Below, piece after piece: positions 8,678-17,146 of a stretch of 64,000 bases of DNA. Both the position numbers and the translations under genes were made by a program. A model generated the notes under the pieces. It saw only the letters and a program-made list of their open reading frames with translations, was not told where the DNA came from and did no database searches. The stretch spans positions 9,766 through 73,765 of the forward strand of contig CAUVDL010000002.1 in the NCBI GenBank assembly GCA_963550695.1. Reading direction: 5' to 3'. Numbering within the stretch: position 1 is the stretch's first letter; every line of letters starts with the position of its first letter. Origin of the DNA: an uncultured Prevotella sp. (GTDB taxonomy: Bacteria > Bacteroidota > Bacteroidia > Bacteroidales > Bacteroidaceae).

Positions 8678-9130
8678 ATGTACACATACCAATATCCGCA
8701 CCCAGCTGTAACGGCTGACTGTCTTGTTTTTGCACGTACTGAAGAAGGGATGAAACTGCTGTTGATACAGCGGAAGAATGAGCCTTGTAAGGGGAAATGG
8801 GCATTCCCTGGTGGCTTTATGGATATTGACGAGACAACCGTTGATGCTGCTCGTCGTGAGTTGAAAGAAGAGACTGGCTTAGTGGTTGGCGACCTGCATC
8901 GTGTTGGTATTTTTGATGCTGTTGACCGTGATCCACGCGAACGTATCATCACTGTGGCTTATTACACGATTCTTGATAAGCCTGCCGAAGTCAGCGGTTT
9001 GGACGATGCAGCACAAGCAAAGTGGTTCCTCTTGACCGAACTTCCCGACTTAGCGTTTGATCATAAGGAAATCCTCCAAGAGGCTGAAAGCGTATTGGGT
9101 GATGGGGGTTGGGGGTTGGATAGTCAATGA
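8678..9130 (+). CDS. NUDIX hydrolase
   Basis: Nudix box GGFMDIDETTVDAARRELKEETGL; RDPR and LAFDH motifs. Confidence 0.92.
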   Translation: MYTYQYPHPAVTADCLVFARTEEGMKLLLIQRKNEPCKGKWAFPGGFMDIDETTVDAARRELKEETGLVVGDLHRVGIFDAVDRDPRERIITVAYYTILDKPAEVSGLDDAAQAKWFLLTELPDLAFDHKEILQEAESVLGDGGWGLDSQ

Positions 9131-9229
9131 GAATAGTAAGCCTAATTAGCCTAATTAGTCCAATTTAACGCAGGAAGACAAAGAAATATATTGACAAAAT
9201 ACTTAAAGAAAAGATAAGAAAAAAGGCTT

Positions 9230-9430
9230 AAAAGCGAGCCTTTTTATTCTCTTTATAAACCCCTTGTTATCAAGCAGTTGTAAGATTGGCTTTCAAAAGG
9301 TGCTTAGTAAGACTTCAAAAGGGCGTTAGTAAGGGGCTTAAAGGGCATCTTTTGCAAGCCAAAAGGGCGTTAATAGGAAGCCAATTAACGCCCTTCTGAG
9401 TTTCAACATTTGAATTATCTTTACAATACA
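9230..9430 (-). repeat. Repeat family A copy (reverse)
   Basis: AAAAGGTGCTTAGTAAGACTTCAAAAGGGCGTTAGTAAGGGGCTTAAAGGGCATCTTTTGCAAG; boundaries approximate. Confidence 0.85.
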
Positions 9431-9470
9431 GAATGACGGAAGAAGACAGAATGACAAAAAGACAAATAAA

Positions 9471-9815
9471 GGTTCTTCCGAAATTTGGAGTGACAAACTA
9501 AAAGACTTATATATTAGGCACACGGAGTCACGGAGTGGACGGAGGTAATGCAATGTCACGGAGGTGCCGACGGTGCATAGAGCGACGGAGGTATAGCATA
9601 CAGATTCTTGATAACTATTTTGGGATAAGTTCTTTGTATATAAATTGCTAATAGAATTGGCAAACAAGCTCCGTCGCTCTATGCACCGACGGTGCCTCCG
9701 TGACTTCCATTGCTTTGTTTTAATAATCCTCCGTCCTCTCCGTGCCTCCGTGTGACATTGCTTCAAACTCTAAACACAAGCGGCAAAACTTATCACTCCA
9801 AAATCCTGAAGACCC
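9471..9815. mobile_element. 345-bp MITE (family C), copy 1
   Basis: Imperfect 26-bp TIRs (GGTTCTTCCGAAATTTGGAGTGACAA / TTATCACTCCAAAATCCTGAAGACCC); 8-bp direct repeat CAAATAAA on both flanks; near-identical copy at 16202-16545. Confidence 0.92.
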
Positions 9816-10187
9816 CAAATAAAGACGGAATAATAAAAGAGACAGAAAGACAAAAAGAGACAGAATAACAGAATGACAAAAACAAAAGGAGATTTATTCT
9901 GTCTACGTGACATTGTTATGACTGAGTACAGACAGTCATTTTGAGATTTATTCTTCTTCTTTTCCTTGCCTATTTTTTTATTTTGCTGTCACTGCTATCA
10001 CTTAAAGACACAAGCTAACTCATTAGATTACAGAGGGAATGATTGAAATGTTAAAAGTGACAGCAAATCAAAACAAAACTTGTGTTGTGAAAAGTGTAAC
10101 AGTTTCTCTTACTAAGGAATATTTATCACTCCATACAAAGGAAGAAGAGAATATAAACACACGCATCCGATATTTATACAGATTACT

Positions 10188-10219
10188 TTTGGCAGTTTGA
10201 TAAGAAAGTATTACTTTTG
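10188..10219 (+). promoter_or_regulatory. Bacteroidota promoter of the thiamine operon
   Basis: TTTG (10188-10191), 20-bp spacer, TACTTTTG (10212-10219), directly before the riboswitch. Confidence 0.6.
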
Positions 10220-10235
10220 CATCGGTTTTCAGAGT

Positions 10236-10322
10236 GGAAACTAAGGGGTGCTTGCCTGTTTGGGCTTGCTGAGATTATACCCATTGACCTGATACGGATA
10301 ATGCCGTCGTAGGAAGATTCCC
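10236..10322 (+). ncRNA. TPP riboswitch
   Basis: AGGGGTGC...GCTGAGATTATACCC...ACCTGATACGGATAATGCCGTCGTAGGAAG fits the TPP aptamer core; lies upstream of thiamine uptake/salvage genes. Confidence 0.93.
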
Positions 10323-10357
10323 CCTTTATACTTTTTCTTAAATTATCAACCTGGGAT

Positions 10358-12742
10358 ATGAAAAGAGTTATCCTGTTTACTGCTGCACTGACGTGTGTGG
10401 CAGCTATGAAGGCGCAAACAGTGACGGACACGCTGAGACAACAGCATCTTGACGAAGTCGTTGTAGCCGGTGTACGTGTGCCAAAGAGTGCACCATACGC
10501 AGTATCTAATATTAAAAAGAAGGAACTTGAAGCGTTCTCTAAGAGTGGACGTGAGTTGCCATTCCTGCTCGCTCAGACTCCGGGCGTATTGGCTTGGGGT
10601 GAGAACGGACTCGGAACGGGTACGGCAGCAATGCGCATCCGTGGTGCTGCGGGCAGTAGAATCAACATCACCTTAGACGGTGTCGCACTCAATTCGCCTG
10701 AGGACCAGACGGTGTTCTGGGCAAACATGAACTCTTACGCATCGCTGATGAATAGTGTACAGATACAGCGTGGTATCGGTACATCAACCAATGGTGACGG
10801 TGCTTTCGGTGGTTCGGTGTCATTGGCAACGAGTGCACCAAGTAGAAAACCAAGCATTGAAGTGAGTGGTTCGTACGGCTCATACAATACGTATAACGCA
10901 GGCGTGAAGTTCTCTACGGGTCTGTTGTTCAATCACCTTGTCTTCGATGGAGCTTATCATGAGACCGCAACAGACGGATATGTCAACGGAACAAGTGGGC
11001 GTTCGGGCTCTTACTATGGTGGACTTACATGGTTGGGGGATAACTTCCGCATCAGTTATAAGAACATCGGCAACTTCGAGAAGACTGGTCAGGCATGGAA
11101 TGGTGTCGTTACGGGTAGCAATGATTTGAGTTTGATGGATGGTACCTACGGTGCTAAGACAGGTATCACGACCTATAAAGATATGTATGAGAGAGGTTTG
11201 GGCAAGTTCAACCAACTCTATGAATACTTGCAGACCGATGCTAACGGAGCCTTCGTGAAGGATGCTAATGGCAACTACGAGACAGCACGTTACACGATGC
11301 GTGACGGTTCATTCTGGAACAAGACGACGGATAATTTCTATCAGAATCATAACCTCTTGTCGTTTGCTTTCCACCCATCTAACCATTGGAGTCATAACGT
11401 AACGCTGCATTACACCTACGGTTATGGTTATTATAGCGAATTCAAGCATAACACAAAGTTTGCTAAATTCGGTTTATCGTTCACCGATAGCAATGGTAAG
11501 TTTATCAAGAAGTCTGACTTCGTACGCCTGAAAGGTTTGTCACAGCACACCTACGGCATTGTTTACACCAGCAATTACAAGGACGAGAATTGGGATGTGA
11601 CAGGCGGGCTGAACCTACAACAGTTCCGTGGCAGTCACTTCGGCTACCTCACTTATATAAAGAATGAGGAGGCAGATGCGAAGTATCGTGCTGGTGGCAA
11701 TGATTATAAGTATTATGACGCTAAGGCACATAAGTATGATTACAGCGGATTCTTCAAGGCAAAATACAACTTTGCAGACTATTGGAACGTGTTTATGGAC
11801 CTGCAGATCCGTCATGTGGAGTATATGACTGATGGTCAGAACGACCGTTTCTATAAGGTCGGCAGTGGCTATCAGAACCAGCTCTTAGACATCAACGAGC
11901 GTTATGACTTCGTCAATCCGAAAGCAGGAATCAGCTATTATCGTGGTGGTCACAAGGCTTACGCATCTATTGCGCATGCCAGTCGTGAGCCAGAACGTAA
12001 TAACTTCACCAACAACGGTAGTTATCCTGCACCATCACCAGAGCGCATGGTGGATATCGAAATGGGCTATCAATACAATGGTCACAACTGGAGAGCAGGG
12101 GTGAACCTCTATTATATGAACTATAACAACCAGTTTGTACAGACTGGTGCGCAGAGTGATATCGGTGCGAATCTGACTACAAACATCAAGGACAGCTATC
12201 GAATGGGTGCTGAGTTGGAGGCAGGCTGGAGCCCATTGTCATGGTTGACCGTTGAGGGTAACGCAGCTTTGAGTCGTAATATCATCAAGGACTTTGACGA
12301 GATGGCAAGCGTAGATTGGGAGTCTTCGTTCCGTAAGATTCATTACAACCACTCTACTTTGGCGTTCTCACCATCAGCCATCCTCAATGGTATGCTCAAT
12401 CTCCATTACAAAGGCTTTGAGGCAGTATGGCATACAAACTTCGTCAGTCGTCAGTATCTCGACAATACCGAGAACATGACTCGCTCACTGCCATGCTATT
12501 CACAGACGAATATCAACCTCAGCTATACACTTCGTCCTACCAAGCACATTGCAGGTTTGAAGGAAGCTGTCTTCGGTGTGAACCTCAACAACATCTTCAA
12601 TCGCCATTATGCAGCCAGCGGATGGGTGTATAGCTCAATCCTCGACAACAACGGTCATCCTAATGAGAACCGTTATACGCAGATTGGTTTTATCCCAATG
12701 GCAGGCTTTAATGTGATGGGAAGTGTTGCGTTAAAGTTTTAA
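10358..12742 (+). CDS. TonB-dependent receptor, probable thiamine transporter
   Basis: Signal peptide; LDEVVV; plug motifs (IRG, RINITLDGV, GAFGG); terminal Phe; under a TPP riboswitch and beside pnuC/thiN. Confidence 0.88.
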   Translation: MKRVILFTAALTCVAAMKAQTVTDTLRQQHLDEVVVAGVRVPKSAPYAVSNIKKKELEAFSKSGRELPFLLAQTPGVLAWGENGLGTGTAAMRIRGAAGSRINITLDGVALNSPEDQTVFWANMNSYASLMNSVQIQRGIGTSTNGDGAFGGSVSLATSAPSRKPSIEVSGSYGSYNTYNAGVKFSTGLLFNHLVFDGAYHETATDGYVNGTSGRSGSYYGGLTWLGDNFRISYKNIGNFEKTGQAWNGVVTGSNDLSLMDGTYGAKTGITTYKDMYERGLGKFNQLYEYLQTDANGAFVKDANGNYETARYTMRDGSFWNKTTDNFYQNHNLLSFAFHPSNHWSHNVTLHYTYGYGYYSEFKHNTKFAKFGLSFTDSNGKFIKKSDFVRLKGLSQHTYGIVYTSNYKDENWDVTGGLNLQQFRGSHFGYLTYIKNEEADAKYRAGGNDYKYYDAKAHKYDYSGFFKAKYNFADYWNVFMDLQIRHVEYMTDGQNDRFYKVGSGYQNQLLDINERYDFVNPKAGISYYRGGHKAYASIAHASREPERNNFTNNGSYPAPSPERMVDIEMGYQYNGHNWRAGVNLYYMNYNNQFVQTGAQSDIGANLTTNIKDSYRMGAELEAGWSPLSWLTVEGNAALSRNIIKDFDEMASVDWESSFRKIHYNHSTLAFSPSAILNGMLNLHYKGFEAVWHTNFVSRQYLDNTENMTRSLPCYSQTNINLSYTLRPTKHIAGLKEAVFGVNLNNIFNRHYAASGWVYSSILDNNGHPNENRYTQIGFIPMAGFNVMGSVALKF

Positions 12743-12747
12743 AAAAA

Positions 12748-12948
12748 GCCCCTCCCCCTTCCCCTCCCCCGAAGGGAGGGGCGTGAAATGTACTGTTTGC
12801 TTGTAGATTGCTTATAAGAAATGAGTCAACACTCAAACAGGACAACCTGTTTACATGTAAACATGTCTACTTGTAAATTCATGTTAATCACAAGGGGTAT
12901 CTCGCTATCTACGCCCCTCCCTTTGGGGGAGGGGAAGGGGGAGGGGCT
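12748..12948. repeat. Repeat family B palindromic element
   Basis: AGCCCCTCCCCCTTCCCCTCCCCCGAAGGGAGGGGCGT ... ACGCCCCTCCCTTTGGGGGAGGGGAAGGGGGAGGGGCT inverted ends. Confidence 0.85.
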
Positions 12949-12958
12949 GGTTGGTGGG

Positions 12959-13016
12959 TGGATTGCTGTTGGTTTGCTGTTGGATTGCTGCTGGTTTGTT
13001 GTTGGTTTGTTGTTGG
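12959..13016 (+). repeat. 11-bp tandem repeat (TGGWTTGYTGY x5)
   Basis: tggattgctgt tggtttgctgt tggattgctgc tggtttgttgt tggtttgttgt. Confidence 0.75.
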
Positions 13017-13037
13017 TCGCTTTTCTTTTTTATCACT

Positions 13038-13643
13038 ATGACATTAGACATGCTGGGCTGCATTGTCGGCCTAATTTATATCTATCAAGAATACAAAGCG
13101 AGTATATGGCTTTGGTTGACGGGGATTATTATGCCTGTCATCTATATGTTTGTCTATTACGAGGCAGGATTGTATGCGGACTTCGGAATGCAGATATATT
13201 ATACATTAGCAGCCATCTATGGTTTCTTGTATTGGAAGTTCGGACGAAAGAAAGGGGCAGAGGAGATTCCTATCACACGCTATCCTCGTCGGTTGATACT
13301 CCCTTCACTGCTTGTCTTCCTCGTCCTCTGGGGCGTACTTTATATCCTCCTCGTCAAGTTTACAAACTCTACCGTACCAGTATTAGATAGCTTCGGTAAT
13401 GCGCTCAGCTTCATCGGACTATGGGCATTGGCAAAGAAATACATCGAACAGTGGTGGATATGGTTTGTCGTTGACGTCGAATTAGCAGGACTTTATGTAT
13501 ATAAAGGGATTCCTTTCACCGCTGGCTTATATGCATTCTATGCTGTTATTGCTGTGGCAGGGTACTTTAAGTGGAAGAGGAGCCTCCCCCAACCCCTCCG
13601 AAAAAGCCTCCCCCAACCCCTCCGAAAGGAGGGGAGTGCCTAA
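13038..13643 (+). CDS. pnuC: PnuC-family transporter (PnuT-like, probable thiamine uptake)
   Basis: Hydrophobic TM segments; GLYAD, YGFLYW, LDSF, KKYIEQW and GYFKW motifs; start moved to ATG 13038 because the upstream frame is repeat-derived. Confidence 0.88.
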   Translation: MTLDMLGCIVGLIYIYQEYKASIWLWLTGIIMPVIYMFVYYEAGLYADFGMQIYYTLAAIYGFLYWKFGRKKGAEEIPITRYPRRLILPSLLVFLVLWGVLYILLVKFTNSTVPVLDSFGNALSFIGLWALAKKYIEQWWIWFVVDVELAGLYVYKGIPFTAGLYAFYAVIAVAGYFKWKRSLPQPLRKSLPQPLRKEGSA

Positions 13644-13944
13644 CGGGATAAAGGTTCCTTCAAAGTTCTCCAAAATATATTCATAGGTTGAAGGAGGAGT
13701 TATCGAAAGGAATGATACCATATAAAGTATCCCGAAGAGAGAAAGAATAAAAAAAGGTTACTGCAATAAATTAAACGAATACAAAGTATCTCGAAAGAGA
13801 GAAAGAATAGAATAAGAATAGCAAGATAAATGATTATCAATAACAAAAAGAATAATAAGAACGGACAACAACACATTCCCAACGAGCACCCCGTTAGGCT
13901 TTCCCCTCCTTTGGAGGGGTTAGGGGAGGTCTCCGGGGGAGGCT
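13581..13944. repeat. Repeat family B element spanning the pnuC stop and thiN start
   Basis: Inverted ends AGCCTCCCCC...GGAGGGGAGTGCCTAACGGG / CCCGTTAGGCTTTCCCCTCC...GGGGGAGGCT. Confidence 0.8.
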
Positions 13945-14579
13945 TTAATGCCGTCATCCTTGCTGCGGGCGACTTCCCTACTCACGTCCTACCCCTTCAC
14001 ATTCTACGTACTACGGAGAATCTGATTGTTTGCGACGGTGCTTTGGAGGACCTACTTGAATACGAAATAGAGCCAACAGCAGTGGTAGGTGATGGCGACT
14101 CGCTCTCAGAAGAGTTGAAACAACGCTATGCACACATCTATCACCAGATTTCGGAACAGGAGTTTAACGACCTCACTAAGGGTACCCTCTTTGCTCGTTC
14201 ACATCTAAAGATGGATGCATCTACGCATACTCGCCCTCGCTTCTGCTACCTCGGAGCAACGGGAAAGCGTGAGGATCACACTTTGGGCAATATCTCTCTC
14301 ATGCTCTATTACTATCGCCAGTTGGCTATTGACCCAGTAATGGTAACCGACTATGGATATTTTGTCGCAGCATCAGGTACAACTCGCTTTGATTCTTTCC
14401 CCGGACAGCAAGTCAGCATCTTCAATGCAACCTGCAAAGAACTAAGCAGCAACGGACTCAAATGGGACGTCTATCCATTCACCGAACTATGGCAGGGAAC
14501 GCTAAACGAAGCCTTATCGAATGAATTTACAATCCAAGCGGATGGTGAATACTTAATTTACCGTACGCATAAAATATAA
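13830..14579 (+). CDS. thiN: Thiamine pyrophosphokinase
   Basis: AVILAAGDFP, VCDGA, VVGDGDS, EQEFNDLTK, GATGKREDHTLGN, GTLNEA motifs; N-terminal ~38 aa are repeat-derived. Confidence 0.9.
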   Translation: MIINNKKNNKNGQQHIPNEHPVRLSPPLEGLGEVSGGGFNAVILAAGDFPTHVLPLHILRTTENLIVCDGALEDLLEYEIEPTAVVGDGDSLSEELKQRYAHIYHQISEQEFNDLTKGTLFARSHLKMDASTHTRPRFCYLGATGKREDHTLGNISLMLYYYRQLAIDPVMVTDYGYFVAASGTTRFDSFPGQQVSIFNATCKELSSNGLKWDVYPFTELWQGTLNEALSNEFTIQADGEYLIYRTHKI

Positions 14580-14689
14580 CAAACCTTTTTCTACAAATTA
14601 AAAGTGCCATATCTTCATCCCCGTACGGAGATGTCGATATGGCTTTCTTCTATAAGCTAAATTAGTGGCTCTGTACCGAATTTATAAAG

Positions 14690-15595
14690 TTACTTCATAA
14701 CTACCTTAACCGTTCTACCACCCTGACGCTTCACATAAACACCTGATACAGGTTTCTCTACCTTTACACCATTCAATGTATAGTAAGTTGCAGGAGCATT
14801 GTTTGCTGTCTCTACCGCACTAATAGCTGTTGGATCAACCTTAGTAAACGAAACGGTCATAGCTGCAACATCAACAGTAACATCGTATGTTCCTTCCTCT
14901 TCCTTTGTGATTTTCCATTTGTTATCATCACCACCAAAGACAATCTTACCCTCGTTTGACAAGTCGCGCAAATAGAACATCTGATCGAAGCCAGCATAAA
15001 CATTCGTACCGAATTTCAACTCACCTGCCTCCGACTCACCTGCCTTCAACTCTGTTCGTGCTGAGTACTTAGTAGGATTTGCTGCATCTTGCTTCATAAT
15101 AGTACCTTCTCCGATACTCCAACCCCCCTTAGTTGCACTACCAATCATCCACAGAGCGGTGTGCTTCAAAGCGGTATCTTGATAAGCAGCCTTAGTAACA
15201 ACCACGGTTTTCTCAGCCAAGTTACAAACAATATCATAGTTGGCAGACTCACTAACAAAAAACTTATTGTCTACAGGTTTTTCATCGCTACTTACCAATG
15301 TTGCTGCAACACCCGACTGTAATGTCACAGGACTTACACCAGCACGATACTCCAATTTACCCCAATCAAGCTCAGTCAAGAACTTAAACTCCTTATTTGC
15401 GTCCAGATGAACAGTTGCCTTGAAGACATCAGCATTCTCATCAGACTTCTGCATAACGGTACTCTGACCAAGATTCCAACCACCCCATGTAGCATCACCG
15501 ACGATTACCAAGCGATCAGCAGCCTTTGCAGACAACGCGCCTACAACGAATAAAGCGCAACATAAAATAGATTTAGTAAATGTTTTTAATCCCAT
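14690..15595 (-). CDS. SusE/SusF-like carbohydrate-binding protein with a T9SS-type C-terminus
   Basis: Sec signal; two related modules (VGDATWGGW, IGSATKGGW; EFKF/ELKF; YDIVCN/YDVTVD); tail PTAISAV..YYTLNG..GVYV..KVVMK. Confidence 0.7.
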   Translation of the reverse strand: MGLKTFTKSILCCALFVVGALSAKAADRLVIVGDATWGGWNLGQSTVMQKSDENADVFKATVHLDANKEFKFLTELDWGKLEYRAGVSPVTLQSGVAATLVSSDEKPVDNKFFVSESANYDIVCNLAEKTVVVTKAAYQDTALKHTALWMIGSATKGGWSIGEGTIMKQDAANPTKYSARTELKAGESEAGELKFGTNVYAGFDQMFYLRDLSNEGKIVFGGDDNKWKITKEEEGTYDVTVDVAAMTVSFTKVDPTAISAVETANNAPATYYTLNGVKVEKPVSGVYVKRQGGRTVKVVMK

Positions 15596-15936
15596 AAAGA
15601 TAATATTTAAAAGTTTATTAAAATATGATTTAGTCTGTAATAAAGAACAGATTCTTTTCTCTTATCAACAAAGATTTAGGTAGCTTAATCTTTTTTCAGA
15701 TTGCAATATTACAAAGAAAATATGAGACTAAAAGTGAATATAAATATTCGACCATAATAATATAAAATAAAACAAGGTGTTCTCACAAGTTTATAAAAAG
15801 AGATATGACTAATAATCAACTAAATATCAAGCATTTATAAATCATATAAAGTTTTGAAAGAAGAAACTAACGCTGAGAAAAATATAAAGTAAGGAATAGC
15901 TCTAAATAATAAAATAATTAGCGTGAGAGAGATAGC

Positions 15937-16156
15937 AGCCCCACCCCCAACCTCACCCCCCAACCCCCTCTCCGAAGGGAGAGGGGGAGTGCTGGGAACA
16001 ATTTGCTAAAGAATGACTAAAAGTTTTCCCTAACCAATAGGGGTATCTCGCTAATCACTCCCCTCCCTATGGGGGAGGGGTAAGGGGGAGGGGCTACTCC
16101 CCCTCTCCTTTCGGAGAGGGGGTTGGGGGGGTGAGGCTTTGTTGGGGGGTGAGGTT
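15937..16156. repeat. Repeat family B element (three hairpins)
   Basis: CCCCCTCTCCGAAGGGAGAGGGGG, CCCCTCCCTATGGGGGAGGGG and CCCCCTCTCCTTTCGGAGAGGGGG. Confidence 0.85.
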
Positions 16157-16201
16157 ACCAACACGGGTATAGCCTAAGCGATATAAAATATAAATAAAAA
16201 C

Positions 16202-16545
16202 GGTTCTTCCGAAATTTGGAGTGACAAACTAAAAGACTTATATATTAGGCACACGGAGTCACGGAGTGGACGGAGGTAATGCAATGTCACGGAGGTGCCG
16301 ACGGTGCATAGAGCGACGGAGGTATAGCATACAGATTCTTGATAACTATTTTGGGATAAGTTCTTTGTATATAAATTGCTAATAGAATTGGCAAACAAGC
16401 TCCGTCGCTCTATGCACCGACGGTGCCTCCGTGACTTCCATTGCTTTGTTTTAATAATCCTCCGTCCTCTCCGTGCCTCCGTGTGACATTGCTTCAAACT
16501 CTAAACACAAGCGGCAAAACTTATCACTCAAAATCCTGAAGACCC
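16202..16545. mobile_element. 344-bp MITE (family C), copy 2
   Basis: Same sequence as 9471-9815 apart from a 1-bp indel near the right end (as read by eye); different 8-bp flanking direct repeat ATAAAAAC. Confidence 0.92.
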
Positions 16546-16719
16546 ATAAAAACGTCTTTTATTATTTTTCTTATATAAATGAAAAGGTATGTGAAATAAC
16601 AGATATTTCAATGGTAGCAGTTCGTTTCACGCTTTAATTTGGTAGATTTTTTAATTATTTTATCTCATATAAAAAGTGTTAAATATGTTAAAGGTATTGT
16701 GTATCATAAAATAAACAGC

Positions 16720-16727
16720 TAATTTTG
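16720..16727 (+). promoter_or_regulatory. Candidate -7 promoter box for the peptide-lipoprotein unit
   Basis: TAATTTTG about 100 bp upstream of ATG 16830. Confidence 0.5.
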
Positions 16728-16829
16728 CACAAAATTTAACGACAATTATAAAAAAGATATACAAACTGTTGGTGTTTATCATCTTATTTAATTGCATTCA
16801 AGATATAATTTTACAAGATCAGAAGAGAT

Positions 16830-17021
16830 ATGAAAAAAAACGAAATGATGGCAATAGAAACTATTGCCAAAGGCTTGAAAGGTGCCTATCAGAAACCGAT
16901 GTGTACTAGCTTCCGCATGGACACAGAGTCTATGATTTGTAGTAGCGTGAGAGGAGAGACTGACAATAAGGATGTCAGCGAGGATCCGAGTGATCCTTGG
17001 TTTACACATCAAGGGAATTAA
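16830..17021 (+). CDS. Small YxxP-motif peptide (63 aa) upstream of pilin-like lipoprotein
   Basis: YQKPMCTSFRMDTESMICSS with an acidic/Pro tail; same motif spacing and context as 3246-3431 and 46069-46278. Confidence 0.7.
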   Translation: MKKNEMMAIETIAKGLKGAYQKPMCTSFRMDTESMICSSVRGETDNKDVSEDPSDPWFTHQGN

Positions 17022-17146
17022 AAAGAATCTGTTAACGGTAAACTTTGTTTGTAGATAACATGTTACTCGTCTACGAGTTCATTATTCTACATGAGGTAAA
17101 ATGAATTAACTCAAAAATTTTAATACGTAATTAAAGGAATCAAAGA

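Noticed and set aside
9338..9766. 142-aa ORF and its 107-aa twin at 16174-16497
   Set aside because: Both are read from the palindromic MITE; their identity reflects the repeat and they have no protein motifs.
12821..13390. 189-aa ORF and the 29-aa N-terminal extension of pnuC
   Set aside because: Derived from the family B element and the 11-bp tandem repeat; the 189-aa ORF overlaps pnuC out of frame.
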